From assembly GCF_001194135.2 (NCBI RefSeq), contig NC_069004.1, forward strand, positions 21,745,570 through 21,804,068: a DNA stretch of 58,499 bases, read 5' to 3'. The notes under the pieces were generated by a model that worked only from the letters and a program-made list of their open reading frames with translations, was not told the DNA's origin and searched no databases. Source of the DNA: Octopus bimaculoides (Eukaryota). The stretch's first letter is position 1; each line of letters starts with the position of its first letter. Below, one piece after another: positions 1 to 12,350 of the stretch. Both the position numbers and the translations under genes were made by a program.

Positions 1-99
1 AGACAACAATGTTATTTTATTCCACATGGGTAGAAATATAGGGAAAATAGAAGTTGAAAATGTACTGAGAATAGTTAAAATATGTTTTATTAATATATT

Positions 100-1015
100 T
101 AAAGCTTTAACCGATTCCACAGTTTACAGTGATTCTCAAAAAGTTCAAATAGAAAGATATGACTTATGCTGCAGCTGCCTTGCTTCTAACTAGTGTTTGA
201 AGCTTGCCCTATTTCTATAGGGAGTTCATGACTCAAATTAGTATATGTTTTCAATAGGATTTGACTGGTAGAGGATAGTCACGTGACTGGTCTTAGAAAT
301 TTTTGTAGGTTCCCCGCTATGTCTGAGTGTTAGTATCAAGTGACAATGTTTGGCGTCATAAGTTAAGGCTGATGCAGTTGACTAGACAACTCCAAACAAT
401 CAATGTTCTGAATGTTTTCTGTCAAGTTTTTGTAGAGAGTGAACACATGATTAAGTTTATAACCTTTTGTACGTTTCCTGCTATATTCATGCATTAGTGT
501 TGCATGACAGGTATATTTTGCACTTTAAAAGATGGCTGGCAAGGTCGAGTGAACATGTTTAGTTATAATCAAGACAGTCCAAATTTAATCTGTCTGGTAG
601 GAGAGTGGACAGGAGTTGTTTGTATGTAGTCCGGTGACTAAAATTTAGGTTGTTAGATGCATGGCTTCCTCATGATAAGTGACAGAATGAATTTTGTGTG
701 TGAATAGTTATTTGTGTATATACACTGTTAAAGTTTAAGTCTTGGTTTGTACTTTTGTATGAAAGTATTTTCTTTGTTTATCTGTGCTTCATCTGTGGTA
801 TTCGCTGAACATAAGTAGAGTCGGAAGACCTAGAATTTGGGGGACTTATTTTTCGCATATATGTCTATGTGTCCACTCAGTGGAATCTGTCTAATACTGG
901 AGTCTCGTATTTGTTGTTTGTGTGTATGTTCTAAGTTATAAGCAATAAGTTTGTAACCTTAGCGGCCGAAATTCTGCACATGAGAACATCTATTCAAGGT
1001 GACTATGTAATCATT
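100..1015 (-). mobile_element. Penelope-like element 3' fragment (GIY-YIG C-terminus plus 3' UTR/pLTR)
   Basis: Minus-strand translation of ~735-940 gives HKQQIRDSSIRQIPLSGHIDIYAKNKSPKF*VF...KENTFIQKYKPRL, typical of PLE endonuclease C-termini. It ends in a degenerate hammerhead-like motif at 101-145. Confidence 0.7.
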
Positions 1016-1021
1016 TCTGAT

Positions 1022-1345
1022 AATCTTTTATCTTTTACTTGTTTCAGACATTAGACTACGGCCATGCTGGGGCAATGCTTTGAAGAATTTTTTGTTGAAT
1101 GAATGAACCCCAGTACTTACATTTTTTTTTTTTTTTGTTAAACTTGGTACTTATTCTATCAAATTCTTTTGCCGAACCAAGTTACAGGGATGTAAACACG
1201 CCAACATCAATGGGCTTCTTTCAGTGTCCGTCAACCAAATCTATTCAAAAGGCTTTACTTAGCTCAAGATTATAGAAGACACTTGCCCAAGGTGCCATGC
1301 AATGGGACTGAACCTAGAACTATGTAGCTGAGGAGCAAGCTTCTT
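1022..1345 (-). mobile_element. tRNA-derived SINE, family A
   Basis: Matches other copies (gaagacacttgcccaagg core, ...tacttgtttcag tail, cttaccacacagc head). Confidence 0.85.
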
Positions 1346-1425
1346 ACCACACAGCAAAAAAAAAACCATAGTTAGGTGCAGGCATGGCTGTGTGGTTAAA
1401 GTAGGTAAAGGCATTGTGGAAGCCC

Positions 1426-1476
<51 letters not shown>

Positions 1477-1869
1477 GTCCATCACCTGACAACCAGCATT
1501 AGTTTCTTTACATCCTTGTATCTAACAATTCAGTAAAAAAGACTGATGGAGTAAATACTAGAGTTTAAAAAAAAATTTTATTAAACCCTTCAGTGTGGTG
1601 CCCCAGCATGGCCACAGTCCAATGACCAAAATAAGTAAGAGAACATCAACTAAAAGAGAAAGCCAAAGACAGTGTAACTGCTTTTGAAAATTAAAAAAAA
1701 AAATTACAACAAATTTATTGATAATGAAAAATGCATACATACGATAGGAAGAAATAATTTTGTTAATGAAGAAAATGTATTTTTCTATGAAGAAAAATTT
1801 ATTTCATAAATTGAAAAATGCTAAATATATATAAATATTAATATCAAGATCAAGTGTTAAAAGTGACAA

Positions 1870-2250
1870 CATATTTTGGCGAATGTGTGGGTGAGCATGT
1901 GTGTGTTTCAAGTGAGGGTGGATGAGTATATACATATAGGCGCATGTTCGTGGGTATGCGGGCGCGCATGTGTATGTATGGACTGGTGCACTTACGCGAA
2001 TACTATGGACATTTTTACTCCCTCCCCTCACTTAGCGGTCATTCTAATAGCTCTTTTGTCTTAATAACGGTCAACCACACAGTAATTTCCCTTTATTTAA
2101 TAGTCACTTTCACAGCAATTTTCAATGGCCAGATAACTGAAGAGATGGTGGCGTGGGTTTCCACCCTGGCATCCGAAATTTGGAGTTTTATCATGGCTAC
2201 CGAATGATTGTCACATATTTTTACAGATAAATTCCTCTATTTACATAACA
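1870..2250 (+). mobile_element. Penelope-type pLTR/3' UTR remnant carrying a hammerhead motif
   Basis: CTGAAGA...GAAA core with paired stem I at 2126-2199, followed by an AT tract. No ORF. Confidence 0.5.
2126..2199 (+). ncRNA. Type I hammerhead ribozyme, degenerate
   Basis: tggcca-gataa CTGAAGA gatg...catc-c GAAA t ttgga GTT ttatc-a-tggcta. Stem I has 11 bp with one bulged A. Confidence 0.6.
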
Positions 2251-2414
2251 TCAAAGTCTCTTTCTTTCTTTGGTTGTCCTTTCTATCAATATATATATAT
2301 ATATATATATATTACAAATAATGCAAATGTTATATCTGAAAAAAATAACTTTAAACAGAATTATGAAATGAACTTTTAAACATGAATGGCATATTTTGGG
2401 GGGAAAATACAAGT

Positions 2415-2785
2415 ATGTCTTACTTGTTTCAATCATTAGATTATGGTCATGATGCAGCACCACCTTGTAGAACTTTTAATCAAATGAGTTTAGCCCAGAA
2501 CTTATATTTTTCCTAAGCCTGGTATTTTTTCTATCGGTCTCTTTCGCTGAACAGTTAAATTATAGGGATGTAAACATACCAACAATAGATGTCAAGCAGT
2601 GATGGGGGGACAAACACAGACACACACATGTAGATTATGTTTCCATCTACCAAATCCACTGACAAAGCTTTGATCAGCTTGAGGCTACAGTAGAAGACAC
2701 CTTCCCAAGACGCCATGCAGTAGGACTGAACCTGGAATCATGTGGTTAGGAAACAAACTTCTTACCACAGCCATGCCTGCACCTC
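2415..2785 (-). mobile_element. tRNA-derived SINE, family A
   Basis: Near full-length diverged copy. Confidence 0.85.
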
Positions 2786-3222
2786 TATATTTATTAACCC
2801 CTACATGTTTTTTCATTTCCTTTTATATTTTATTTTTATGAAGCTCAATTTGAACTATCTTCTTGCTTTGGCTCTTGCATTCTGAGCTCAAATCCTACTG
2901 AGATCAACTTTGCCTTTCACCTTTCTGGGATTGATAAAATACCAGTCAGTACTGGGATTGATATAATTGACATTTACCACCCAACAAATTTCTAGCCATG
3001 CACCTATATTGTTATAGTACCAGACAAAGTGTGTTGTGGTATTTCATCTAGCTTATCATGTTTAGAGTTCAAATCCTGTCAAGGTTGGCTTTGCATTTCA
3101 TACTTCCAGAGCTAATAAAATAAAGTACCAGCCAAGTACCAGAACGGTCAGTCAATTTAATTGACTAACACCTCCTACCAAATTCCTGACTTTTTCACAT
3201 TTCATGCCTCAAGGGTCAATAA

Positions 3223-4020
3223 TACAAGGTGGTGTCAAAAAGTTCCTGGATTAGTTCTGTAGCATGCCAACAGATGGCAACACACGGTTGCATGCACAGT
3301 GAGAGCCAGCAGTGACCTTCAGGAGGTAGTATGCCGAATGACACTGCTGTGTTTACTTCACAAGTTGTGAAATTTGTGTTTTTGTGATCACACATATGCT
3401 GTAGTCTGCCATTTTGTCATGGACAGGTGCAAAGAGCCAACGTGAAATTTTGTGCTAAACTTGAGAAATCGGCAACAGAGAAATTGAGCATGCTTCGGCA
3501 AGCATACAGTGATGACGCAATGGGTCATATGCAATGTTTCGAGAGGTACAAGCATTTCCAAAGCAGAAGAACGTCCCCAGAAGATGATGAGCAATCTGGA
3601 AGACCTGCCACAAGTGTCACCACCAGAAATGTGGTATTGTGCATCAAGAATCTGTCCCCTAAGGGCAGACCATCAATCAAGAGTTTGGAGGAGGACATTC
3701 AGCAAAAGCAACTGGATCTGTGGAGCGCAAAGAATTGGATCCTTTACTGAGCTCTTCTCACTCATGAGTTTGTCACCAAAAACAACACGGTATCACTTCC
3801 ACACCCACTCTATTCACCAGATTTAGCACATGCGAACTTCCATCTCTTCTCCAAGATGAAAAGGTAACTCAAAGGTTGCCATTTTAACACTGTTGTCGAG
3901 ATCCAGAGCGAATCACTGGTCTTCAACTTGGTAAACAACTTCCAGACCGGATTCCAAAAGTGGCAGGATTAGTGTATCATTGTGCAAGGTGACTATTTTG
4001 AAGGAGATGATTTTAAAACA
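3223..4020 (+). mobile_element. Mariner transposon, internally deleted
   Basis: 5' end tacaaggtggtgtcaaaaagttcc. QRANVKFC...DDEQSGRPATS N-terminal HTH region joined to a PLYSPDLA-like C-terminal region. Confidence 0.85.
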
Positions 4021-4024
4021 TATT

Positions 4025-4515
4025 TTTAGTCAAAAGGATTGACCCCAGTACTTATTTTTTAAAGCCTGGTACTTATTGTATCAGTCTCTAAGTTATGGAG
4101 ATGTAAACATACCATCACCGATTGTCAAGCAGTGGTGGAGGACAAACACACAAAGACACACACATAAATATGATGGACTCTCCAGGCAGTTTCGACATAG
4201 GAGGATCCGACAACCTACTCTTTCTTTATCAGTCAAAATGACTATGTCAAATGTGACATTTAAGTCCCGCCAACAATTTGTAAAGAAAGCCACAGATGCT
4301 GCAAATATGATGATTACAGGTCAGTGCAGGTGGTATATTTGGACATATATACAACAAGCTTCTTTCAGTTTCTGTCTACCAAATCTATTCACAAAGCTTT
4401 GGCTGGCCTGAGACTATAGTAGAAGACACTTGCCCAAGAAGTCATGCTGAAGAACTGAACCCAGAATCATGTAGTTGGGAAGCAAACTTCTTATCACACT
4501 GCTATGCCTGCACCT
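4025..4515 (-). mobile_element. Family A SINE with an RTE-type 3' fragment (~4170-4335) inserted in its central microsatellite
   Basis: SINE halves flank a minus-strand segment encoding CSICGFLYKLLAGLKCHI (C2H2-like RTE C-terminus) plus a short 3' UTR. Confidence 0.7.
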
Positions 4516-5012
4516 ATTGTGTTTTTGTGTCTATGTTGAGAAAATTATTATTATTAAGCGCTGTTGATGGTAGAATTGCAACCCTGAAGAAGTTTGGTTC
4601 TGAGCTGAAATCTCACCAACACCAACTTTACCTATCATCTTTCTGTAATCCATAAAGTAAATACCATTCAAGTAATAGCATTGATTATTCTCTCTATTTG
4701 TCTGTCTATCTCTCTGACTTTGCTGCACTGTAGAAAGCATATAAGGTGCCACTCAACAATCTCACTTTACTCTAATACCACCACTGTCACTATAATGCAG
4801 AAAAAGAATTTGGTTGCCAATGCAACAATGTTGCTGCTATACACACATACACATGCACGAGGTCAATAAAAATGAGATCATTCTGCTGATTGTCCAAGAA
4901 AAAAAGACACTAATATCCTAATACCACTCATGAACAGGCGAAATAATTCTTTCTTTCTTTCTGCCTCTTCTAAACAACTAAGACAATCATTTGTACCTTT
5001 TGACTGACTAAC

Positions 5013-7025
5013 TATTCGGTTGTCTCATAAATAATGCGGTTTTTTTATACTTCTTTTACTTTTCAAAATTAAGATAAACTTCTTTTTTAATCTAAAATAT
5101 ACTCTCCTTCATTTTCTACAATGCTCTTCCATCTATCAGGTAGACTTGCTAGGCCCCTCTTCCAAAATTCACTCATCTGTGACGAAAAATCCTCCTCCAG
5201 TACTGTTCTGACCTCATCTACAGAATTCATATTTTTTCCATCCAAATGATTTTGAAGACTGCAGAATAAATGATAATCAGATGGGGCAATGTCCAGTAAA
5301 TATGATGGGTGGGGCATTTCTCATTTCTCATTCAAACTGCTCCAGCCTTTGGAATGTCATCCTCGCTGTATGTGACTGAGCACTATCGTGGTGGAAGAAC
5401 ACCTTTTGTCTTGAAACCAAAGATGGTCATTTTTCTTCTAGCGCTGACTTAAGCCTCTCAAGCTGCTNNNNNNNNNNCAGATGGGGCAATGTCCAGTAAA
5501 TATGATGGGTGGGGCATTTCTCATTTCTCATTCAAACTGCTCCAGCCTTTGGAATGTCATCCTCGCTGTATGTGACTGAGCACTATCGTGGTGGAAGAAC
5601 ACCTTTTGTCTTGAAACCAAAGATGGTCATTTTTCTTCTAGCGCTGACTTAAGCCTCTCAAGCTGCTTGCAGTAGATCTCCTTTGTTATCGTTTCGTTTG
5701 GGTTTAAAAGTTCAAAGTGGACTAAACCTTTCATATTCCACCAAACAGATAACAACACCTTTCATGAGTGAAGACCTTTAGCCTGGGGTGCCGGTGCTTC
5801 TCCTTTCCCTACCCAATGTCTTTGACAGTCACTCAGTTCAAAAGAGGTTCATTTGTGAGACGTGACATCAAAGAAGAGCACACATTCACTGTCTGTGCAT
5901 GATTAGACACAGAAAATTTGTGATGAACCCACTGACCCAATTTGCTGACTTTTCCAATGGCACGCAGGTGTTGATGAATGGTTGAATGACCAAATCCAAG
6001 CTTCTCTGCTAGTTTCTCAAGAGTTATGATGGGATTCTGTTCCACCAGGGTTTGCAGGACATCCTTAATGAACTCCACAGATCTTCCAGGATGAGGCTCG
6101 TCTTCTAGGCTGTAGTTTCTGGCTTGGAATTTCTTAAACCACCACTGACACTGGCTTACACTTATTGTCTGATCCCTATATATTGCATTAACATTCCTCA
6201 CACTTTCCATTGCATAGTTACCTTTATTGAACTCATAAAGCAAAATATGCTGAATATGTTCCTTTGTCACTTCCATTACTTCTTTCTTTTCATCCTTTTA
6301 AAGCCTAGCCAGGCTCATGGGCCCAGTTTCACGGTTTCTATAGCGTATGTGTTCCCCCCAGCTGGACGGGACGCTAATCCATCGTAGCGTTACTCAAGAA
6401 ACAGAAAGAAAGATTGAGAAAAAGTTAGGGCGAAAGAGTACAACAGGGGTCGCCGCCAGAGCCTTGTGGAGCTTTAGGTGTTTTCGCTCAATAAACACAC
6501 ACAACGCTCGGTCTGGGAATCAAAACCGCAATCCTCTGACCGTGAGTCTAGTGCCCTAACCACTGGGCCATTGTGCCTCCACTTGCACCCTTTTTAAGCC
6601 TAGTCAGGCTCATGGGCCCGGTTTCCTAGTTTCAATGGCGTATGTGTTCCCCAGCTGGATGGGACGCCAGTCCATCGCAGCGTTACTCATTTTTGCCAGC
6701 TGAGTGGACTAGAGCAACGTGAAATGAGGTGTTTTGCTCAAGAACACAACGTGTCGCCGGGTCCAGGAATCGAAACTACAATCTAACAATCATGATACTG
6801 ACACCCTAACCACCAGGCCACATGCCTCCACCACTTCCATTACAGCTTTGAAAAAATAACTGTTAAAATCTGACTGCACTCTTCCAAACTTGCACTAAGA
6901 ATAAGGACAAGGTAAAATTATTATCTGCTTTTATAGCAAGTTGATGCAGGTAGTTTATCCTATCCCCCTCTGACTCTTAGTTCATGCAAGTGAAAAAAAC
7001 TGTATTAGTTATGGGATGACCGAAT
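5013..7025 (-). mobile_element. Full-length mariner (SETMAR/Hsmar-like transposase), disrupted
   Basis: TIRs ttcggttgtctcataaataatgcggtttttt (from 5015) and its inverted counterpart ending at ~7025. ORF pieces 5833-6276 (HTH) and 5087-5317 (DIAPSDYHLF). SINE dimer inserted at the ATG. Confidence 0.92.
6280..6831 (-). mobile_element. Head-to-tail dimer of a tRNA-derived SINE (family D)
   Basis: Two related units (6280-6582, ~6583-6831), each with a gtggaggc... tRNA-like head. One 12-bp TSD cacttccattac at 6268-6279 and 6832-6843. Confidence 0.88.
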
Positions 7026-8382
7026 CCACATACAATCCTGATGCATCTGTCTTACCAATTACCTTGCCTTTAACCCTCAAAATTTCAGGCATAAAAAAAA
7101 GAATTATTAAGGTGGTGAATTAGCAGAATTAGTAGAGAGATGGACAAAATGCCTCAGGGTTAAATTCTTTTACATTCTGAGTTCACCACTTCCAAAAATA
7201 TGCAGCCGAATGAGAACACGCATTTATCCTCAATTACCTATGTGTGTAGTCCCGCAGAAACTGCAGTTTTCAATCAGGGAGTAAAGTATATTTCAATAAT
7301 TTCGCTGAATTTCTTTTGAGAACCATTAGGTCTTAGTAGACACAACATGTGATCTTCTTCTAGCACATTAAATGTCCACTTTAGTGGTCATCGTTATATA
7401 TAAACATATACTTTAATCCCCTAAGATCTCAGATATTTTTTCTGAATCTCTCTGATTCTTTAAATGTGCTAGCTTTCTGGTAATAAATCGATATTAATTA
7501 ATATCTGATTTTTTACCCTATGTTTTAATTTGATTAACCATAACCAAGTTCTCAAAGTGGATATATGCGACGCAGTAACTATTTTCTGCAGACATATTNN
7601 NNNNNNNNNNNNNNNNNNNNNNNNNNNNNNNNNNNNNNNNNNNNNNNNNNNNNNNNNNNNNNNNNNNNNNNNNNNNNNNNNNNNNNNNNNNNNNNNNNNN
7701 NNNNNNNNNNNNNNNNNNNNNNNNNNNNNNNNNNNNNNNNNNNNNNNNNNNNNNNNNNNNNNNNNNNNNNNNNNNNNNNNNNNNNNNNNNNNNNNNNNNN
7801 NNNNNNNNNNNNNNNNNNNNNNNNNNNNNNNNNNNNNNNNNNNNNNNNNNNNNNNNNNNNNNNNNNNNNNNNNNNNNNNNNNNNNNNNNNNNNNNNNNNN
7901 NNNNNNNNNNNNNNNNNNNNNNNNNNNNNNNNNNNNNNNNNNNNNNNNNNNNNNNNNNNNNNNNNNNNNNNNNNNNNNNNNNNNNNNNNNNNNNNNNNNN
8001 NNNNNNNNNNNNNNNNNNNNNNNNNNNNNNNNNNNNNNNNNNNNNNNNNNNNNNNNNNNNNNNNNNNNNNNNNNNNNNNNNNNNNNNNNNNNNNNNNNNN
8101 NNNNNNNNNNNNNNNNNNNNNNNNNNNNNNNNNNNNNNNNNNNNNNNNNNNNNNNNNNNNNNNNNNNNNNNNNNNNNNNNNNNNNNNNNNNNNNNNNNNN
8201 NNNNNNNNNNNNNNNNNNNNNNNNNNNNNNNNNNNNNNNNNNNNNNNNNNNNNNNNNNNNNNNNNNNNNNNNNNNNNNNNNNNNNNNNNNNNNNNNNNNN
8301 NNNNNNNNNNNNNNNNNNNNNNNNNNNNNNNNNNNNNNNNNNNNNNNNNNNNNNNNNNNNNNATATATGCATATATCCATAC

Positions 8383-8414
<32 letters not shown>

Positions 8415-8439
8415 GATATATGCATATATCCATACATAT

Positions 8440-8790
8440 ATGTACATACCTACATCTATATGTATATATACATGCGTATATGTGTACAGGACATCAAAAA
8501 ACGTTAAACACAATGAGAAACAAAAACAGAAAACGAACATTTTTCGAACAACGAAAAAAACAAACAGAGAAACAAGACATGCAAGATAAAGAGTATATCC
8601 CTTCATTAGTTGTCCGTGTTCCATTTACTCTGCGTTTCAAAGGCAAGGACAATATGCGACTTCATTAGAACAGTCCTTCCCGCAAAGCAAATTAAATAAA
8701 ATTTGGAATTTTTTGCAGAGGGTGAAAGTGTTAACAAGAACAGGGCAGTGAGAACAAGACAGTAAAAACAAACGGTGAAGGCTGTTGTTC
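8440..8790 (-). mobile_element. Penelope-type pLTR remnant with inactivated hammerhead (8621-8673)
   Basis: ctgtt CTAATGA ... GAAAC gcaga GTA aatgg on the minus strand, followed by a T-rich tail and an AT microsatellite. Confidence 0.5.
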
Positions 8791-8899
8791 CAGTCCTTCC
8801 ATGCCTGTTTCTTTTGTCTAATAGCCCTGTCAACCTTATTGTTCCACCACCATGTTACCTTGGGTCAAGAGGGGACTTTGCACCATCCACAGTTCTTGT

Positions 8900-9275
8900 C
8901 TTCCGTGCTAGTGGCACGTAAAAAGCACCATTTGAGTGTAATCATTACCAGTGTCACCTTGCTGGCACATGAACAAAATATTCAAGTGAGGTCGTTGCCA
9001 GTGCCACTGGACTGACTCCTCTGCAGGTGGCACGTAAAAAACACCATTTGTGCGTGGCCGTTGCCAGTACTGCCTGACTGGCCCTCGTGCTGGTGGCACG
9101 TAAAAGCACCCACGACACTCTCGGAGTGGTTGGTGTTAGGAAGGGCATCCAGCTGTAGAAACTCTGCCAGATCAGATTGGAACCTGGTGCAGCCATCTGG
9201 TTCGCCAGTCCTCAGTCAAATTGTCCAACCCATGCTAGCATTAAAAGCGGACGTGAAACGATGATGATGATGATA
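8900..9275 (+). mobile_element. Free-standing RTE-LINE 3' UTR copy (family C) ending in (GAT)n
   Basis: Near-identical to 50440-50840, which directly follows an RTE ORF. Confidence 0.85.
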
Positions 9276-9289
9276 TATATACATGATCT

Positions 9290-10928
9290 CTGACATAACT
9301 TTTGGTGCTCCTGATATCCTAACAGAAATAGATAAGGTCATGCACAACTCAGCAGTAGGTCCTGATAAGTTCCTGGCCACCGTCCTAAAGATGTGTTGAC
9401 ATCAGATTGCACCCCCTCTAGCTGAGCTCTGGAGAAACTCACTTGATGTGGGCTACATTCCTGATCATTTTCTTTCCCAGTCTGTCATTCCAGTCTTCAA
9501 AAAGGGTAATGATTCTCTTGCAGTGAACTACCATCCAATTTCACTCACTTCTCATATCATTAAAGTGTTTGAGAGTGTGGTGAGATCACGAATAACTCAC
9601 TTCCTTGAAGACAACAATCTGCTGAACCCCAACCAGCATGGTTTCAGTGATGGTAGGGACTGCCTGTTGCAGCTTCTGCACCATTTTGATGACATCTTAA
9701 AAGTGTTGGGAGAGGGCTCCAATACTGACATCATATACGTTGATTTGAGTAAGGCATTTGACAGAGTGGACCACAAAATCCTGCTGAAGAAACTGTCCAG
9801 TATTGGAGTCCATGGAAAGTTGCTGCAGTGGATAAGGTGTTTCCTGACAAACAGAACCCAATATGTTATGTTTGAGGGAATACGATCCAGTTCAGCCAAA
9901 GTCAGTAGTGGTGTCCCACAAGGTACTGTTTTGGGCCCACTCCTCTTCATTATTTACATCAACGATATAGTAGATGTCATCAAACATTCTACATTGAAAC
10001 TCTTTGCTGATGATTCCAAATTCCAGAAAGCCATAAACGGTATGGGAGACCAAACATGCCTTCAGTCAGATCTGTTTGCAATTTGTCCAATGGGCAGAAA
10101 AACAAAATATGCTTTTAAATGAAGATAAGTTTCATTTGATCCACTTTGGAAAAGAGAAAACTCTGAAATTACCATATGCTCTTCCCTCAGGTGACTCCCT
10201 AGTATCATCCAACAACACCAGAGACCATGGAGTAATTGTTGATAACAATCTAAGCTGCAGTTCCCACGTAAACAGCAAGGTTCACTTGGCCCACAAGATG
10301 TGCTCTTGGATTCTGAGAACTTCCCAGTCTAGAGATGCTTACACCATCATCCTTCTCTACTCTCCTTTTGCCCAACCCCACCGTGAATACTGTTGCCCAC
10401 TGTGGTCCTCTCATACAAAGCAGCTAATAATGAAAGTAGAAGCACTCCAGAGGTCAATAACAAGAAAGATAAACAGCATAAGAGGCATTGATTATTGGGG
10501 TCGACTAAAAAAACTCAATCTCTACTCTCTCCAATGTTGCCGAGAGCACTACATCATTTGTGTTTTGTGGAAAATATTCCATCAATTTTAAAATCCCCCA
10601 TGCTATCTGCCCACTACAAAAATCAAACTCAGTACACATAGCAACATTACATCACAATTCCTTTTCCTCAACCGGTCCAGCTCTCTTTAATACCATACCA
10701 AAATACGTTAAAACAGAAAATTCAAATGTTCCCATAAAATTCAAATGTTCACTGGACAAATTTCTTCAAAAAATCCCAGACCAACCTTCTACACCCGGAT
10801 ATGCCTCCAACAATAATAACTCTTTGCTACAGTGGGCCATGGTGCCCATATGTGACTAAAAGACTTCACCAGGTGGTGCTATTAAGTTAGACATGGCCTG
10901 GGCCTATACTGGCCAAAACCTATCAAAG
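9290..10928 (+). mobile_element. CR1/L2-clade LINE, 5'-truncated, RT pseudogene
   Basis: ORF 9448-10122 with PVFKKG, NYHPISLTS, QHGF, DLSKAFD, GVPQGTVLGPLLF and FADD motifs. Frameshifted continuation to 10859. Confidence 0.95.
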
Positions 10929-10929
10929 T

Positions 10930-10983
<54 letters not shown>

Positions 10984-10990
10984 TATTCAA

Positions 10991-11059
<69 letters not shown>

Positions 11060-11065
<6 letters not shown>

Positions 11066-11382
11066 CATAGTGAAACTAATAAAAATGAAACTGTTAAAAG
11101 TAGAACTATTAACATATATGCATACATATTGAAATCATATAAAGGTGAAACTATTATATCACATTACAATAGAGAAGTTATTATTTCAATTTTGAGACGT
11201 AATACCAAAACAGTCTAAGAGATCGCTCCGGGCTCGCATTAGGCAAGAAGTTATTAACTTTTTTTGGCCCGAAACACTCCATGGACTCTAAGTAATGCAT
11301 GTGTGAAACTTGGATGAAATCAATTGGGTAGTTCTCGAGTTTTAGTGATGCACACAGACATTCTCAGTTTTAGATATATAGA
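11060..11382 (-). mobile_element. Non-autonomous Helitron-like 5' end
   Basis: Reverse complement starts A|TCTATATA and aligns with 39289-39450. Confidence 0.6.
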
Positions 11383-12316
11383 TATATATGTTAATTTGGA
11401 TCTACTTGTCATACATGAGGATTTACCTTGGGTGTGTATTCTACTAACACTCACTGATTGGTAAGATTGACCATAATTGACATATACAATACACTTTGAT
11501 TAATATACCCACTCTATTGACAAATATGAGTGCATATTTTTTCTGACTTACTGATTCTTAGACAGCTAAATATATATACATGGAGAGTGGATGTAAAATG
11601 AAGATGGTGTTCACATGGATATACAAGTGAAAGCTATAAAACTGCAGTATTCATATTGCTTCTCGTATGGATATACAAAGTTAAAAACCACAGAAGTATA
11701 TAAGGAATTACTGAATCATTATTTGTGTCTTTGGATGTTAGTCACAAGTATCCATCATCAACAGCAAGCTTAGACATGTTAATCACTGTTTGTTTTATAT
11801 CAATAGAAGTGAAATTTGGCTAAGCATGCAGTTGTTAGTAGATATTTGCTACGAATAATGTGCAAAGACACACAAATCATGATTTAGCAATTCCACCATT
11901 GCTACCAGATTCTTTTTATCTGCTACTGATACACCTCAGTGCATTTTAATGGATACTGTATTTTTGTGGTTTTAATGGATACTGTATTTTTGAGGTTTTC
12001 AAAAGTATATCCACATTAAGTAAACTATACAAAATGCTGTTCAGAACCAATATTGCATCTGTTCCTAATAATGAATACACACACACATGCATGCACACAT
12101 ATATTATGTATGTCAACTTCAACTTATTTTTATGTTCAGCGCATTGCATAATTTTCTATAGAAAACGTGTTGTTTTCTATAGAAAATTATACAAAAGGAA
12201 TGAAATAATTTGTTACTATGTAAGTGATATACAGACCAGCAAAATGCTGGCTATTCAACATCAAAGCAGTATGGAGTGGTAAGGTGTATGTGTCAGAATG
12301 AGTGACTCTGTGTGTG

Positions 12317-12350
<34 letters not shown>

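Noticed and set aside
4886-4900. tgattgtccaa, the 5' end of miR-219
   Set aside because: Only 11 nt match and there is no precursor hairpin.
5278-5667. Exact 190-bp tandem duplication inside the mariner
   Set aside because: Identical copies flank a 10-N gap, so this is an assembly overlap artefact.
7469-8668. Long ORFs of 280-370 aa (also 50787-51327 and 28222-28519)
   Set aside because: They run through N-gaps and AT microsatellites.
9995-10045. CTGATGA...GAAA in the CR1 LINE (similar hits at 23807, 24622, 49365, 54739)
   Set aside because: The motif comes from coding sequence (for example FADD) and has no stems.
11945-11996. 25-bp tandem duplication (also a 21-bp duplication at 13951-13992)
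   Set aside because: Ordinary slippage duplications with no further structure.
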